Source: an uncultured Candidatus Saccharibacteria bacterium
GTDB taxonomy: Bacteria; Patescibacteriota; Minisyncoccia; Minisyncoccales; GWA2-38-27
Length of the DNA stretch: 36,341 bases
Assembly: GCA_964470615.1 (NCBI GenBank)
Contig: CAYYDH010000002.1
Coordinates: 1-36,341 of the forward strand
Reading direction: 5' to 3'
Below, piece by piece: positions 8,378-20,909 of this stretch. The stretch's first letter is position 1; each line of letters opens with the position of its first letter. The notes beneath the pieces were generated by a model that saw only the letters and a list, made by a program, of their open reading frames with translations, ran no database searches and was not told the DNA's origin. The position numbers and the translations under genes were made by a program.

Positions 8378-11300
8378 ATGTCCGACCTCAAAATAAAAAA
8401 GTTCTCTAAGGCAAAAGTTTCTTTGCCTTTGCCTTATCTATTGTCTTTTCAGAAAGAGAGCTATAATTGGTTTTGGGAAGAAGGGCTAAGAGATCTATTT
8501 TTTGAGATTTCTCCGATCAGAGACTATACTAAAAAAGAGCTGGAGCTTTGGTTCTTAGATTACAAGCTGGACGAGCCAAAATACAAAACTGACTTGGAAG
8601 CTAAGAAAAACAACGAATCTTACGAAGCTGCTCTGCGAGTAAGAACTAAGCTTGTAAATCTGAAGACAAAAGAAATTAAAGAACAAGAAGTTTTCTTGAC
8701 TGATTTTCCCTTGATGACCGAGAGGGGCACTTTTATTGTTAACGGAGTTGAGAGAGTGGCGATTTCTCAGTTGATCAGGTCTCCCGGTGCCTTCTTCACT
8801 CTGCAAAACAGTTATCCTGACCGGAGTTGCTTTGGAGCTAAAATTATTCCCAACCGTGGCGCCTGGCTGGAGTTTGAAACAGAATACTCTGGCTTTATTG
8901 GAGTAAAGATAGACAGGAAGAGAAAAGTAGCTGCCACTACTTTGCTGAAGGCTTTGGCTGGTTACGACGATAATCAAATAAAAGAGATTTTCAGCGACCT
9001 TGAGGCGCAGGGGGATATAAAATACATTGAAGAGACGCTGAAAAAAGATACTGCCAAGAACCAAGGAGAGGCCTTGGTTGAAATCTATAAAAGATTGAGG
9101 CCTGGAGATTTGGTTACCCCAGATACTGCCAAAGAGCTTATTGAAAACACTTTCTTTAATTTTGAGAGATACGATCTTTCCAAGGTGGGCCGCTGGAGAA
9201 TGTGGCAGAGATTGGAAGAGCTGAAAAAGCCTGTTGAGGACAAAAAAGGTAAGAAGCAAGGAGAAGAAGTAACCAAAGAAAACCGGGTTTTAAAACCCGA
9301 AGATCTCGTTGCGGTTCTGAGAGAGGTGATACGGCTTAACAATACTCCAGATGCCAAGCCAGACCAAATAGATCATTTAGGGAACAGAAGGGTGAGGACC
9401 TTATCAGAGCTTTTGCAGAACAGACTGAGAGTCGGACTGATGAGAATGGAAAGGATTATAAAAGATAAAATGTCCACCTTAGACGTTCATACTCTAGCAC
9501 CGGTTCAGTTGATTAATCCAAGGCCAGTGATGGCAGTAGTCAAGGAGTTTTTCACTTCTTCACAATTATGCCAGTTTATGGATAATGAGAATCCTCTAGC
9601 TGAATTAGAACACAAGAGAAGACTTTCAGCTACAGGTCCTGGAGGATTAACTCGTGAAAGAGCGGGCTTTGAGGTAAGAGATGTACAGCCGTCGCACTAC
9701 GGAAGAATCTGCCCCATTCAGACCCCAGAGGGGCCGAACATCGGCTTAGTAAGCCATTTGGCAGGTTACGCCACAGTGAATCCTTATGGATTTATTGAAA
9801 CCCCTTATTACAAAGTAAAGAACAGGAAAATTACTGATGAGATCCAGTATCTCAATGCTTTTGAAGAGGAACGGCACAGTATTGCTCATGGCGGCGTTCC
9901 GATTGACGAAAAAGGTACAATAATTCCTTCTAGAGTAGAAGCTAGGATAAAAGGAGAACCAGGAGAAATTGAAAGAGACAAGATCGACTATATTGATGTT
10001 TCTGCCGAACAATATCTTTCTATCGGTGCTTCCCTTATCCCCTTTTTGCAAAATGATGATGCTAACCGCGCCTTGATGGGCTCTAACATGCAGCGTCAAG
10101 CCGTGCCTTTGGTAAGACCTGAGGTGCCTTTTGTTTCCACTGGTTCAGAAGAGTGGGTGGCCAAGGACTCTGGTCAGGCGATTGTAGCTAAAGAAGACTG
10201 CACGGTGTTAGAGGCCGATGCCAACCATATTAAGATTAAGACAAAGTCCGGGGAGATTATAAACTACGAACTTCGTATTTTCCTTAGAACAAATCAATAT
10301 ACTTGCTTTCATCAGCGGCCGATAGTGGAAAAAGGCCAGAAAATGAAAAAAGGAGAAGTACTAGCTGATGGTGGCGGCATTTCTCATGGTCGTTTGGCCC
10401 TGGGTCAGAATGTTTTAGTCGCCTTTGTTCCTTGGCGGGGATTGAACTATGAAGACGCCATTGTACTTTCTGAGAGACTGGTTGAAAACGATTATTATAC
10501 ATCAATTCATGTTGAGAATTTCAGCTGCGACATTCGGGAAACAAAGCTGGGTCCAGAAATGACGACCAGCGATATCCCCAATGTTTCCGAAGAGAAATTA
10601 AAAGATTTAGACGAAGAAGGTATAGTTAGAATCGGCGCCGAAGTTGGTCCTAATGATATTTTAGTAGGCAAGATATCGCCCAAGGGTGAGGCTGGCCTTA
10701 CTGCCGAAGAAAAGCTGTTAAGGGCGATTTTCGGCGAGAAAGCCAGAGATGTCAAAGACAGTTCTTTGATAATGGAGCACGGCAAAAGAGGCCGTGTTAT
10801 TGGCGTTAAGGTTTTTTCCCGAGATGAGGGGTATAAGTTGGAGCCAGGGATTATAAAAAGAATCGAAGTAGAAGTGGCAGAAATTAGAAAGATTCAGGCC
10901 GGCGACAAGCTGGCTGGCCGGCACGGCAACAAAGGCGTTATTTCCAAGGTAGTGCCGGTAGAAGAAATGCCCTATTTGGAGGATGGCACGCCAGTAGATA
11001 TTATCTTAAACCCTCTTAGCGTTGCCTCTAGAATGAATCTGGGTCAGATTTTAGAAACCCACTTGGGTTTAGCTGCTCAGAAACTGAATTACATCGCCGT
11101 TACTCCTTCAATGAGCGGTGCTCATGAAGGGGATATAAAAGAAGAGTTGAAAAAAGCTGGCTTTTCAGAAGATGGAAAGGTTGCTTTGTACGACGGCCAG
11201 ACTGGCTTACCGTTTCCTGAAAGGATAACTGTAGGGTACATATATATGATGAAGCTTATCCACATGGTAACAGACAAGATTCACATGCGCTCTATCGGCC

Positions 11301-11611
11301 CCTACTCTTTAATCACTCAACAGCCATTAGGTGGCAAAGCGCAATTCGGCGGTCAAAGATTCGGAGAGATGGAAGTTTGGGCCCTGGAAGGATACGGCGC
11401 AGCTCATATCCTGCAAGAGATGCTGACTATAAAGTCAGATGACGTGATGGGTAGAGCAGCTACCTATGAATCAGTGCTGAAAGGAGAGCCAATCAGAAAC
11501 CCCAATATTCCTGCCTCTTTTAATCTTTTAGTGGCAGAATTAAAGTCGCTTGGCCTTTCAGTCGAAATAAAAGAGAAAATAAGGGCGAGAGAGGCGAGAA
11601 AAGAAGGATAA
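8378..11611 (+). CDS. rpoB: DNA-directed RNA polymerase subunit beta
   Basis: Conserved blocks include [59 protein letters not shown] and [17 protein letters not shown]. Confidence 0.99.
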   Translation: MSDLKIKKFSKAKVSLPLPYLLSFQKESYNWFWEEGLRDLFFEISPIRDYTKKELELWFLDYKLDEPKYKTDLEAKKNNESYEAALRVRTKLVNLKTKEIKEQEVFLTDFPLMTERGTFIVNGVERVAISQLIRSPGAFFTLQNSYPDRSCFGAKIIPNRGAWLEFETEYSGFIGVKIDRKRKVAATTLLKALAGYDDNQIKEIFSDLEAQGDIKYIEETLKKDTAKNQGEALVEIYKRLRPGDLVTPDTAKELIENTFFNFERYDLSKVGRWRMWQRLEELKKPVEDKKGKKQGEEVTKENRVLKPEDLVAVLREVIRLNNTPDAKPDQIDHLGNRRVRTLSELLQNRLRVGLMRMERIIKDKMSTLDVHTLAPVQLINPRPVMAVVKEFFTSSQLCQFMDNENPLAELEHKRRLSATGPGGLTRERAGFEVRDVQPSHYGRICPIQTPEGPNIGLVSHLAGYATVNPYGFIETPYYKVKNRKITDEIQYLNAFEEERHSIAHGGVPIDEKGTIIPSRVEARIKGEPGEIERDKIDYIDVSAEQYLSIGASLIPFLQNDDANRALMGSNMQRQAVPLVRPEVPFVSTGSEEWVAKDSGQAIVAKEDCTVLEADANHIKIKTKSGEIINYELRIFLRTNQYTCFHQRPIVEKGQKMKKGEVLADGGGISHGRLALGQNVLVAFVPWRGLNYEDAIVLSERLVENDYYTSIHVENFSCDIRETKLGPEMTTSDIPNVSEEKLKDLDEEGIVRIGAEVGPNDILVGKISPKGEAGLTAEEKLLRAIFGEKARDVKDSSLIMEHGKRGRVIGVKVFSRDEGYKLEPGIIKRIEVEVAEIRKIQAGDKLAGRHGNKGVISKVVPVEEMPYLEDGTPVDIILNPLSVASRMNLGQILETHLGLAAQKLNYIAVTPSMSGAHEGDIKEELKKAGFSEDGKVALYDGQTGLPFPERITVGYIYMMKLIHMVTDKIHMRSIGPYSLITQQPLGGKAQFGGQRFGEMEVWALEGYGAAHILQEMLTIKSDDVMGRAATYESVLKGEPIRNPNIPASFNLLVAELKSLGLSVEIKEKIRAREARKEG

Positions 11612-11615
11612 ATCT

Positions 11616-14600
11616 ATGTACGTTCAAGACCTAGAAGCCATAAGAATAAAACTTGCTTCGCCCGACGATGTTTTGAGCTGGAGCCACGGCGAAGTAACCA
11701 GGCCTGATACGATAAACTACAGGACTCAACGTGCTGAAGAGGACGGGCTTTTTGATGAGCGGATTTTTGGACCGGAAAAGGATTACGAATGTTATTGCGG
11801 CAAATATAGAAGAATCCGCTATAAAGGAATAGTTTGCGATCGCTGTGGCGTGGAAGTGACTAAGGCGTCCGTAAGAAGAGAAAGAATGGGGCATATCAAG
11901 CTTGCCTGTCCGGTTTCGCATATTTGGTTTCTAAGGGGTGTGCCTTCTAGGATGGGCATGGCTTTAGATGTTTCTATGCAGCAATTAGAGAAAGTTATTT
12001 ATTTTGCTGCGTATATTGTCACTAACGTAAACGAAGAAGCCAAAAGGGATATTTTGAATAAAATAGAAAAAGAATACAAGCAAAAGATTAAAATACTTAA
12101 AGTAGGAGATAAAGACAAGGTTGAAGTCAAAGAAGAATCAGCTGAGCTTGAAAAGAAAGAGCCAGAAAAAAAGAAAGCAGATGCAAAGCTGGAAGTCAGG
12201 CTTCAAGAATTAAAGAAAGTAAGGGATAGAGCCAGAGAAGAGGTCTTAAGCATTAAAAATTTGAAAATACTTTATGAAGTTGATTACTTTGATCTTTCTC
12301 TAAAATACGGGGAAATATTCGAAGCTGGCACTGGCGCTGAAACCTTGAGAAAAATCTTTGAAAAGATAGATTTGAAAAAAGAACTAGACAAAATTAAGGA
12401 AGGCTTGGAAAAAGCAACCCCGATAGCCAAAAAGAAGATATTGAGAAGATTAAGAGTTCTTCAGGGAATGCATAAGGCCGGTATAAGGCCAGAATGGATG
12501 TTTATGACCGTTTTGCCAATTTTGCCGCCAGACCTGAGGCCGATGGTTCAGCTGGACGGTGGTCGCTATGCTTCTTCTGACTTGAACGACCTTTACCGCC
12601 GGGTAATCAACAGGAATAATCGTTTGAAACACTTGTTAGAAATTGATGCACCCGAAGTTATCGTCAGAAATGAGAAAAGAATGTTGCAGGAAGCAGTGGA
12701 CGCTTTGATTGATAACGGAATGAGAAAAGGAATCTTAACCACTGCTACCACCGGCGGCCGAAGACTTTTAAAGTCGCTGGCTGATATGTTAAAGGGCAAG
12801 CAGGGAAGATTCCGCCAGAACTTGTTGGGCAAAAGAGTAGATTATTCTGGTCGGTCGGTGATTGTGGTAGGCCCAGAATTAAAACTTCATCAGTGCGGCC
12901 TTCCTAAAAAGATGGCCCTAGAGCTGTTTAAGCCTTTTGTTATTAAGAAAATTCTAGAAAGAGAATTGGCCTACAATGTCCGTGGCGCTTCAAGACTGGT
13001 TGAGCAGGAGACTGACGAGGTTTGGGCGATTCTGGAAGAAGTAGTAAAAGACAAATTAGTTTTGCTCAATCGCGCTCCGACCCTACATCGTTTGGGTATT
13101 CAGGCATTCCAGCCAGTTTTGACAGAAGGTGAATCAATCCGCATTCATCCTATGGTCTGCAAGGCCTTTAATGCAGACTTTGACGGTGACCAAATGGCTG
13201 TTCACGTTCCGCTCGGCGAAGAAGCGCAGAAAGAGGCCAAAAGTCTGATGCTTTCTACCCATAATTTATTAAAGCCGGCTACCGGCATCCCGGTTATTTC
13301 TCCAAGCCAGGACATTATTTTAGGCTGTTATTGGCTGACCAAGATAAAGCCTGGGACTAAGGGCGAAGGAAAGGTTTTTTCTAATACTGACGAGGCAATT
13401 TTAGCTTACGAATACGGCGAACTAGATTTAAAAGCCGAGATAAAAATTCGTTTGGCTGGTGGCTTGACGCAAACATCATTGGGCCGAGCGCTTTTTAACG
13501 AAACGTTGCCTAAAGACTTCCCTTTTGTCAACGATACGATGAATTCTAAAAAAGTGGAGAAAATAGTAGGAGATATAATCGACAGATACGATCAGCAAAC
13601 CATCGAAGATACTCTCGACCGGATTAAATACCTTGGGTTTCATAACGCCACCATTTCCGGAGTAACTTGGGGCATGGATGATCTAACGGTGCCCAAAGGA
13701 AAAGAAAAGATTCTTGAAGGCGCCGAAAAAGAGATAGAAGCGATTGAAACCCATTTTAGAAGAGGGTTGCTTTCTAGAGAGGAAAAAGGAAGCAAAGTAA
13801 TTGAAGTTTGGACCAAAACTAAGTCGGAGATTGAGAAACTGGTGCCAAAAACTCTTCCAGAGTTTGGGCCTATTTTCACCATTGTTGATTCGGGTGCCAG
13901 AGGTTCTTGGTCGCAACCTGTGCAGATGGCCGGGATGAAAGGCTTAGTTATCAACCCCGCCGGCCAGATCATTGAGCTGCCAGTCAGGAGTTCGTACAAG
14001 GAAGGGTTTGACGTATTGGAATATTTCATTTCCATTCATGGTGCCAGAAAAGGAACAGCCGATACCGCCTTGAGAACTTCAACAGCTGGTTATCTGACTC
14101 GTCGCCTGGTGGACGTGGCCCATGAAGTTATTGTTTCTGAAGAAGACTGTGGCGATAAGGAAGGTTTTGAAATAAGAAGAAAGGATGCCGACGAGCTGGG
14201 TCAAAACTTTGTTTTCAAGATCGTTGGCCGCGTTAGTTTGGAAGATATTATAGCCAAAGGAAAAACCAAGCCAATTATCGAAAAAGGAGGAATAATAAAT
14301 TGGGAATCTGCTAAGGAAATTAGCGATGCCGGAATTGAAAAAATACTAATCCGCAATCCTATTTCTTGCAAATCAGTGCGCGGAGTCTGCCGTCAATGTT
14401 ATGGTTGGGATCTGGGGCTGAACAAGCTGGTGAGAGAAGGAACGGCAGTCGGCGTTATCGCCGCTCAGGCGATTGGCGAGCCAGGCACTCAACTGACAAT
14501 GAGAACCTTCCATACCGGCGGTGTAGCGTCTGGAGGCGATATTACTTTTGGTTTGCCAAGAGTGCAGGAAGTTTTTGAAGCAAGAATTCCGGGTGGAAAG

Positions 14601-15278
14601 GCAGAGATTTCCCAAGTTAACGGAAAAGTTCTAGAGATAACCCCGGATCGGAATATAAGAATAAAGGTTTATCCTTCCCCTGATGGAAAAAAGATCAGGA
14701 AATCTAAAAAAACTAAATTGCTGGAAGACGACGTGATCGAATACCAGCTTCCTCCCAAAAATGCCCTTTTAGTTTCCAAAGGACAGGAAATAAAGCGAGG
14801 CCAGCAGCTTTGCGAAGGCAGTTTGGATCTAAAAGAGCTGTTTAAGGCCCGTGGCAAAGAAGATGCTGAAAGATATATCTTGAAAGAAATACAAAAGATT
14901 TATACTTCTCAGGGCGCCACCATTCACGATAAGCACGTCGAAGTAATTGTTAAGCAGATGTTTTCTCGCGTGAGGATAAAGGAGCCGGGCGATAGCCATT
15001 TCATACCCGGAGAAGTTATTGAGAAAAGCGTTTTTCTGGAAGAGAATATCCGCCTGAAAAAAGAAAAGAAATCTCCGGCTAAGGCCGTGGCCGTGCTGCT
15101 GGGGATATCTCGAGTGTCGCTGACAACAGATTCTTTCCTTTCAGCTGCTTCCTTCCAAGAGACATCAAGAGTTCTGATTAAAGCTGCTCTAGAGGGGAAG
15201 CAAGATAAAATGCGCGGCTTGAAGGAAAATGTGATTATCGGGAAGCTGATTCCGGCTGGAACTGGTTTTAAGAAATAA
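11616..15278 (+). CDS. rpoC: DNA-directed RNA polymerase subunit beta'
   Basis: The Zn-finger CYCGKYRRIRYKGIVCDRCGVEV, the catalytic NADFDGDQMAVH motif and the trigger-loop/bridge-helix blocks are present. The start is 4 nt after the rpoB stop. Confidence 0.99.
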   Translation: MYVQDLEAIRIKLASPDDVLSWSHGEVTRPDTINYRTQRAEEDGLFDERIFGPEKDYECYCGKYRRIRYKGIVCDRCGVEVTKASVRRERMGHIKLACPVSHIWFLRGVPSRMGMALDVSMQQLEKVIYFAAYIVTNVNEEAKRDILNKIEKEYKQKIKILKVGDKDKVEVKEESAELEKKEPEKKKADAKLEVRLQELKKVRDRAREEVLSIKNLKILYEVDYFDLSLKYGEIFEAGTGAETLRKIFEKIDLKKELDKIKEGLEKATPIAKKKILRRLRVLQGMHKAGIRPEWMFMTVLPILPPDLRPMVQLDGGRYASSDLNDLYRRVINRNNRLKHLLEIDAPEVIVRNEKRMLQEAVDALIDNGMRKGILTTATTGGRRLLKSLADMLKGKQGRFRQNLLGKRVDYSGRSVIVVGPELKLHQCGLPKKMALELFKPFVIKKILERELAYNVRGASRLVEQETDEVWAILEEVVKDKLVLLNRAPTLHRLGIQAFQPVLTEGESIRIHPMVCKAFNADFDGDQMAVHVPLGEEAQKEAKSLMLSTHNLLKPATGIPVISPSQDIILGCYWLTKIKPGTKGEGKVFSNTDEAILAYEYGELDLKAEIKIRLAGGLTQTSLGRALFNETLPKDFPFVNDTMNSKKVEKIVGDIIDRYDQQTIEDTLDRIKYLGFHNATISGVTWGMDDLTVPKGKEKILEGAEKEIEAIETHFRRGLLSREEKGSKVIEVWTKTKSEIEKLVPKTLPEFGPIFTIVDSGARGSWSQPVQMAGMKGLVINPAGQIIELPVRSSYKEGFDVLEYFISIHGARKGTADTALRTSTAGYLTRRLVDVAHEVIVSEEDCGDKEGFEIRRKDADELGQNFVFKIVGRVSLEDIIAKGKTKPIIEKGGIINWESAKEISDAGIEKILIRNPISCKSVRGVCRQCYGWDLGLNKLVREGTAVGVIAAQAIGEPGTQLTMRTFHTGGVASGGDITFGLPRVQEVFEARIPGGKAEISQVNGKVLEITPDRNIRIKVYPSPDGKKIRKSKKTKLLEDDVIEYQLPPKNALLVSKGQEIKRGQQLCEGSLDLKELFKARGKEDAERYILKEIQKIYTSQGATIHDKHVEVIVKQMFSRVRIKEPGDSHFIPGEVIEKSVFLEENIRLKKEKKSPAKAVAVLLGISRVSLTTDSFLSAASFQETSRVLIKAALEGKQDKMRGLKENVIIGKLIPAGTGFKK

Positions 15279-15294
15279 AAGGAAATGTTATAAT

Positions 15295-15324
15295 AAAGGC
15301 GTAATATAAGTTACGCTTTTATTA
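15295..15324 (+). terminator. Rho-independent-type terminator after rpoC
   Basis: gcgtaa (15299-15304) pairs with ttacgc (15311-15316). The stem can extend through the flanking A-run and T-run, and is followed by ttttatt. Confidence 0.55.
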
Positions 15325-15330
15325 TTTATA

Positions 15331-17568
15331 GTGGCTAAGAATAACAATAAAAAATCGGACAAAAAGCCGTTTAAAAAGAAACGCAGCCGTTTTTCTTTGC
15401 CCCATGAGACGAAACGATGGATAGGCGGGATTCTGATGATTCTTCTGGCAGTTTTGATGGGCTTAAGCTTTTTCAATAGGGCTGGCATAATCGGAGAATA
15501 TTTTATCAGAGGGGCAAGGCTTTTAATAGGCGAGACGGTTTTTTTAATTCCTCTAGTTTTTGTTTTAGGGGGGCTGGTTTTTCTAAACACCAAATACAAT
15601 TTAGGCCATTCCGGAAAAGCAAGAAGAGTTATCTGGCCGATTATTTTAGCCTCTTTATTCTTAACCGTCGGAGTGTCGGGGATTTTAGCTAATTTCAATC
15701 CAATCGTCAGAAATGGCGGCTGGCTTGGGTATCTTTTAAACTGGCCCTTGCTGAATTATCTGGGCATTTGGGCAACTGAAATTATTTTTTTGGCATCCAT
15801 TATTATCGGCATAATAATCTTTTGGCAGTTTCTGCGTTCTCCTCGTTTGGCTGGAGAGCTGACTGGAGAAGAGAAGGTTAAAATTGAAGTAGCGCCGAAA
15901 CCTTCAATAATCAGAAAGATTTTTGCGCCAAAGTTTAAGGTGACAGAGATTTCGCCGGCTGCAGCAGAGACAAAAAGCGGGGATAAACAGCCAGTTTCTT
16001 TGAAGATGGAAACAAAGACATCAACCGGGTCCAGAATTTTTTCTTATCAACCTCCACCCCTAGATTTGTTGGATCCTGACCGTGGCGTTCCGACTGGCGG
16101 AGACACGAGGGTGAATGCTTCTATAATCAAGAAAACATTGCAGAATTTTAGCATTGAAGTAGCAATGGGAGAAGTTAATACTGGCCCTACTGTTACTCAA
16201 TATACTTTCAAGCCAGCCGAAGGAGTAAAGCTCTCCAAGATTACTACGCTTTCTAACGATTTGTCTTTAGCTTTAGCTGCTCATCCCATTAGAATTGAGG
16301 CTCCTATTCCGGGTAGAGCGTTGGTTGGCATTGAAGTGCCCAACAAAGTCAGGGCGAGAATTGGGTTACGTAACATGCTGGAAAGTCCTGATTTCCAGAA
16401 GTCAGCTGCTAACTTGTTGATTGCCTTGGGTAAAGACGTTGCTGGCATTCCTTTTTACGCCGATTTGGCCAGGATGCCCCATTTATTAGTGGCTGGCAGT
16501 ACTGGTACCGGGAAAACAATATTTTTGAATTCTTTAATTTTGAGCTTGCTTTATCAGCCCAGTACCAATATTAAGAGCGCTGGTCCAGAAAATTTACGGC
16601 TGATTCTGGTTGACCCGAAAAGAGTGGAATTTCCGGCTTACCATGATCTCCCCCACCTTCTTTGCCCAGTCATTTATAACGCCACACAGACCGTTAATGC
16701 TTTAAGGTGGTTGACCGGAGAAATGGAAAGAAGGTTCGATGTTTTAGCAGCCGCTAAGTCCAGGGATATCGGCCGCTATAACGAGTATGCTTTGAAAGAA
16801 GAGATTGAGCCTATGCCCTTCATCGTTGTTGTTATTGACGAGCTGGCCGATTTAATGGCAGCCAAAGGAAGAGACATTGAGGCGGGGATCGTAAGGCTAG
16901 CCCAAATGGCCAGGGCAGTAGGAATTCATCTTGTTGTTGCTACTCAGCGTCCTTCAGTAGAGGTAATCACTGGCTTGATTAAAGCCAACATTACTTCCAG
17001 GGTCACGTTTCAACTGGCCTCTCAAGTTGATTCCAGAACCGTTTTGGATACGGCCGGCGCTGAAAAGTTGTTAGGCGCTGGCGATATGTTGTTTTCGTCA
17101 GCTGAAATAATTAAGCCCAAAAGAATACAAGCTGCCTATATTTCTGATAAAGAGGTGAGAAAGGTTATCGGTTATATCAATTCAAAGAATGGAGAGTTTG
17201 AGCCGAAAACCGAAGTCGAAGCAGAATTGATGCAAGAATTGGACAAAACACCTTCTGACGAACAGTCAACTTCAACTGGCAGCGGGTTTTCCGGCGACGA
17301 AGACCCTATATATGAAGAAGCAAAAAAACTGGTCATTGAAACCAAAAAAGCCTCAGCCTCTTTCTTGCAGAGAAGACTAAGGCTAGGTTATGCTCGAGCT
17401 GCTCGGATTCTGGATATTCTAGAAGAAAGAGGAGTAGTGGGTCCGGCCGATGGTGCTAAGCCTAGGGATGTTTATGGAGAGCCGATCGGGAAAGAAATCA
17501 CTGGCGTAGAGGATAGCGTTGAGGAAACAACTGAAAAAGAACCAGAAGAAGACTGGGAAAAAGTTTAA
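15331..17568 (+). CDS. ftsK: DNA translocase FtsK/SpoIIIE
   Basis: GTG start. It has N-terminal TM helices, Walker A (GSTGTGKT), Walker B ([11 protein letters not shown]) and a C-terminal winged-helix gamma domain ([30 protein letters not shown]). Confidence 0.95.
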   Translation: MAKNNNKKSDKKPFKKKRSRFSLPHETKRWIGGILMILLAVLMGLSFFNRAGIIGEYFIRGARLLIGETVFLIPLVFVLGGLVFLNTKYNLGHSGKARRVIWPIILASLFLTVGVSGILANFNPIVRNGGWLGYLLNWPLLNYLGIWATEIIFLASIIIGIIIFWQFLRSPRLAGELTGEEKVKIEVAPKPSIIRKIFAPKFKVTEISPAAAETKSGDKQPVSLKMETKTSTGSRIFSYQPPPLDLLDPDRGVPTGGDTRVNASIIKKTLQNFSIEVAMGEVNTGPTVTQYTFKPAEGVKLSKITTLSNDLSLALAAHPIRIEAPIPGRALVGIEVPNKVRARIGLRNMLESPDFQKSAANLLIALGKDVAGIPFYADLARMPHLLVAGSTGTGKTIFLNSLILSLLYQPSTNIKSAGPENLRLILVDPKRVEFPAYHDLPHLLCPVIYNATQTVNALRWLTGEMERRFDVLAAAKSRDIGRYNEYALKEEIEPMPFIVVVIDELADLMAAKGRDIEAGIVRLAQMARAVGIHLVVATQRPSVEVITGLIKANITSRVTFQLASQVDSRTVLDTAGAEKLLGAGDMLFSSAEIIKPKRIQAAYISDKEVRKVIGYINSKNGEFEPKTEVEAELMQELDKTPSDEQSTSTGSGFSGDEDPIYEEAKKLVIETKKASASFLQRRLRLGYARAARILDILEERGVVGPADGAKPRDVYGEPIGKEITGVEDSVEETTEKEPEEDWEKV

Positions 17569-17578
17569 TAATAAAAAT

Positions 17579-18580
17579 ATGGCAAAAAAAGAAAAAAAAC
17601 ACGAAGATAAAGCTAGTTTGCAGGAGGCGGTTGAAGAAATAAAACAGAAATTCGGCGAGGGAGCAATAATGAAGCTAAAAGATGTGCATCCAGTTGATAC
17701 CGGGGCTATTTCCACGGGCTCAATTTCTCTTGATTTGGCTTTGGGGATAGGAGGAGTGCCTCGTGGCCGGGTAATTGAGATTTTTGGTCCGGAATCTACT
17801 GGCAAAACAACGTTAGCCCTTCATATATTAAAGGAGTCCCAAAAGAAAGGAGGGGTTGGCGCTTTTATCGATGTTGAACACGCTTTAGATCCAGAGTACG
17901 CCGCCAAGATTGGCGTTAATATTGACGATCTTTTAATATCCCAGCCAGATTCAGGCGAACAGGCCCTACAGATTGTCGAAACCTTAGTAAGGTCAGGAGA
18001 GGTGGATGTGATAGTAGTCGATTCAGTTGCAGCATTAGCTCCTAAGGCCGAGATTGCCGGTGAAATGGGAGAGTTCCAAATTGGCCTTCAGGCCAGGTTG
18101 ATGTCCTCGGCTTTAAGGAAGCTTTCGTCAGTCGTTTCCAAAACAAAAACAGTTATTGTTTTCTTGAATCAGACAAGAATGAAGATAGGAATTATGTTTG
18201 GAAACCCGGAGACTACACCCGGCGGTCTAGCCCTTAAATTCTACGCTTCGGTTAGGATTGACTTAAGAAGAATTGCTCAGATAAAACAAGGGGAAGAAAT
18301 TACTGGTTCCAGGATAAAAGCTAAAATAGTTAAGAATAAAGTAGCTGCCCCCTTTAAGATAGTGGAGTTTGATATATTTTATAACGAAGGAATTTCTTAT
18401 CTCGGCGATATTCTAAACGCCGCTATTAAAAAAGAGATTGTTAAAAGATCAGGCAGTTGGTTTCAGTATGAAGATACTAAGCTGGGCCAAGGGGTTGAAG
18501 GAGCGAAAAAGTTTTTAGCCGAAAACCCAGCCTTGACGGAAAAAATTAAAAAGGCAATATTAGAAAAACCAACACCATGA
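17579..18580 (+). CDS. recA: Recombinase RecA
   Basis: IMKL...[38 protein letters not shown] and the L1/L2 loop regions are present. I prefer the ATG at 17579 (MAKKEKK...) over the track's TTG at 17519, which would overlap ftsK by 50 nt. Confidence 0.96.
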   Translation: MAKKEKKHEDKASLQEAVEEIKQKFGEGAIMKLKDVHPVDTGAISTGSISLDLALGIGGVPRGRVIEIFGPESTGKTTLALHILKESQKKGGVGAFIDVEHALDPEYAAKIGVNIDDLLISQPDSGEQALQIVETLVRSGEVDVIVVDSVAALAPKAEIAGEMGEFQIGLQARLMSSALRKLSSVVSKTKTVIVFLNQTRMKIGIMFGNPETTPGGLALKFYASVRIDLRRIAQIKQGEEITGSRIKAKIVKNKVAAPFKIVEFDIFYNEGISYLGDILNAAIKKEIVKRSGSWFQYEDTKLGQGVEGAKKFLAENPALTEKIKKAILEKPTP

Positions 18581-19554
18581 GGATTATTAGCGGCATTCAG
18601 CCGACAGGCAATCTCCATATAGGGAATTATTTGGGAGCGATAAAGCAATGGCTTGATCTTCAGAAAGATAACGAGTGCCTTTTTTTTATCGCTGACCTGC
18701 ATTCTTTGACGGTTCCTTATAAACCGGAAAATCTTAGGAATAATATTTTTGAAGTAGCCATAGCTTACTTGGCTGCTGGTTTAGATCCTGAAAAAAGCAT
18801 TTTCTTTATTCAGTCGCAGATCCCAGGGCACTCAGAGCTTTGCTGGCTTTTAAATACGATTACCCCTATCGGTGATTTAGAAAGGATGACGCAATACAAA
18901 GAAAAATCCAAGCAATTCAAGAAGGACCTTAACGCCGGTCTTCTTAATTACCCCATTTTAATGGCAGCGGATATTCTTCTTTATAAGAGCGACGCTGTGC
19001 CAGTTGGCAAAGACCAGGTTCAGCACGTTGAGATGACAAGGACTATCGCTAGGAAATTTAACAGCCGATTTGGAGAAATATTTAAGGAGCCAAAGGTTAT
19101 TTTGCCTAAAATGGGCGAGAAAATAATGGCCCTGAACGATCCTAAGAAAAAGATGTCAAAATCCCTTGGTCAGGAAAGTTATGTCTCTCTTTTTGAAGAT
19201 CCAAAATCAATTGAGAAAAAGATAATGTCGGCTGTAACCGACACTGGCAAAGAAATAAAGTATAATCCTTCTAAAAAGCCTGGCATTTCCAACCTTCTAA
19301 CTATTTATAGCCTATTCAGCGGCCGGGAGATAAAGTCAATTGAGAGAGAATTTAAAGGTAAGGGCTACGCCGCTTTTAAAAAGTCCCTAGCTGACCTTTT
19401 GATAAAATCCCTGGAAGTTTTCCGGAAGAAACAAAAAGAACTCCTTTCTAGGGAGGTTTATGTGCAAGAGGTTTTAAACCATGGAGTCAGGCGCGCCAAA
19501 ATTATTTCCGAATCAACCATGCAAGAGGTTCGAGGGAAGATGGGGTTAAGCTAA
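18577..19554 (+). CDS. trpS: Tryptophan--tRNA ligase
   Basis: The class I motifs [10 protein letters not shown] (HIGH) and KMSKS are present, with a TrpRS-like length of 325 aa. An ATGA overlap links it to recA. Confidence 0.94.
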   Translation: MRIISGIQPTGNLHIGNYLGAIKQWLDLQKDNECLFFIADLHSLTVPYKPENLRNNIFEVAIAYLAAGLDPEKSIFFIQSQIPGHSELCWLLNTITPIGDLERMTQYKEKSKQFKKDLNAGLLNYPILMAADILLYKSDAVPVGKDQVQHVEMTRTIARKFNSRFGEIFKEPKVILPKMGEKIMALNDPKKKMSKSLGQESYVSLFEDPKSIEKKIMSAVTDTGKEIKYNPSKKPGISNLLTIYSLFSGREIKSIEREFKGKGYAAFKKSLADLLIKSLEVFRKKQKELLSREVYVQEVLNHGVRRAKIISESTMQEVRGKMGLS

Positions 19555-19560
19555 CAAACA

Positions 19561-20901
19561 TCATTCAGAAATAAGAGCGGAAAGCTCTTTTTTCTTTTGT
19601 TCCAACAGCTCGTCTGTTTTGGCTTCAATTGTTAATCTTAGAAGCGGTTCGGTCTGGGAAGCCCTGACATTAAACCACCAATCATCATACTCTACTGTTA
19701 TTCCTTCCAAGAAGTCCTGACGTCCGTCTGAGTATTTTTCCTTTATTTTGCTTAAAATCAAGTCCTTGTTTTTGATTTCGAAATTAATTTCCGTCCCTTT
19801 GGCATAAGTAGCTAACTCCTTAACGATTTCAGAAACTTTTTTGCCTGATTCAGATATTATTTGTAGCAGGATTAAGAAAGAAATGAAGCCGGAATCAAAA
19901 TAGAAGTTATCTCTGAAAAGATAATGACCAGATACTTCGCCTCCCATTATCCCGTCTTTTTTCATCATTTCTCTTCTGATATAGATAACTCCAACTTTTG
20001 TTCTGATGGGTTTCCCGCCCCAGGTTTTTATAAATTCTGATACGGATTTTGAGCAGATTAGGTTATATGCGATTCCTTTACCCGGATTCTTTTCTAAAAG
20101 ATATTTAGCCAAAAGCAAAAGAGTAACGTCTCCTCTAATGAAGTGGCCTAGTTCGTCTATTAAATAAATTCGGTCAGCGTCTCCGTCAAAAATAAAGCCA
20201 AAATCCGCTTTTTTTTCTATGACTTCCCGGCTGATTTCATCGGTTGCCCCTTTTTCAAAAGCGTTAGAAGGGTGGGCAGGAAAACTCCCGTCCAATTTGA
20301 AGTTTAAGGAGACAATATCGAGAGGCAGCTTTTTCTTGATTAAAGGAATGACCTTTCCTGACATGCCATTGCCAGCGTCAATTACGACTTTAAACGGCTT
20401 TATTTTTTCAACATCAATAAAAGAAAAGATATGATTAATGTAATCTTGCCAGACATCAATATCGCTTGTTGCCCCTATTTTTTTAGCTTTTTTTAAATCA
20501 TTTTTTTCAATAAGCTCTCTTAAGCTTTTTCCGTCAACCATGTCAATTATTCCTTTTTCATTTTTGAGCAGTTTAAAGCCGTTATATTCTTTTGGATTAT
20601 GGCTGGCGGTTATCATAATTCCAGCATCGTAATTTTTGTTACTACCTACTGCAAAATACAGGTACTCGGTTGGGATTTCACCAAGTCCGTAAACATTGGC
20701 GCCCTGGCTGGTGATTCCTTTGACGAGCGCATTTGAAAGGGCAGGCGAAGAAAGGCGCATGTCTCTACCCACAACAACATTGATTGCTTTTGTGTGTTCA
20801 ACAAAAGCCTGGCCGATCTTGAAAGCGGCGTCTTCGTTTAGTTCTTCAGGGTAAATTCCTCTGATGTCGCGGGATTTGAATATTAAAGGATTGATTTCCA
20901 T
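19561..20901 (-). CDS. Phosphomannomutase/phosphoglucomutase (alpha-D-phosphohexomutase family)
   Basis: It has the active-site loop TASHNP, the metal-binding FDGDADR motif and a sugar-binding GGEVSGH-type loop. Confidence 0.9.
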   Translation of the reverse strand: MEINPLIFKSRDIRGIYPEELNEDAAFKIGQAFVEHTKAINVVVGRDMRLSSPALSNALVKGITSQGANVYGLGEIPTEYLYFAVGSNKNYDAGIMITASHNPKEYNGFKLLKNEKGIIDMVDGKSLRELIEKNDLKKAKKIGATSDIDVWQDYINHIFSFIDVEKIKPFKVVIDAGNGMSGKVIPLIKKKLPLDIVSLNFKLDGSFPAHPSNAFEKGATDEISREVIEKKADFGFIFDGDADRIYLIDELGHFIRGDVTLLLLAKYLLEKNPGKGIAYNLICSKSVSEFIKTWGGKPIRTKVGVIYIRREMMKKDGIMGGEVSGHYLFRDNFYFDSGFISFLILLQIISESGKKVSEIVKELATYAKGTEINFEIKNKDLILSKIKEKYSDGRQDFLEGITVEYDDWWFNVRASQTEPLLRLTIEAKTDELLEQKKKELSALISE

Positions 20902-20909
20902 AATGAATT

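Noticed and set aside
8555-9259. 234-aa antisense ORF inside rpoB (also 9085..9357, 9746..10099 and others)
   Set aside because: These are shadow ORFs opposite a highly conserved gene. Their translations are low-complexity and Leu/Ser/Phe-rich with no recognisable motifs.
15288-15698. 136-aa minus-strand ORF overlapping the ftsK 5' region
   Set aside because: It is antisense to the well-supported FtsK N-terminal membrane domain and spans the rpoC terminator. It shows no motifs.
17519-17578. Track start codons: TTG at 17519 (recA), TTG at 20949 (rpsF), ATG at 26612 (SBP) and TTG at 31676 (groEL)
   Set aside because: Each extension overlaps the upstream gene or a promoter element, and 20949 is the -35 TTGACC itself. 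Each adds non-conserved residues ahead of a canonical N-terminus that begins at an in-frame ATG.
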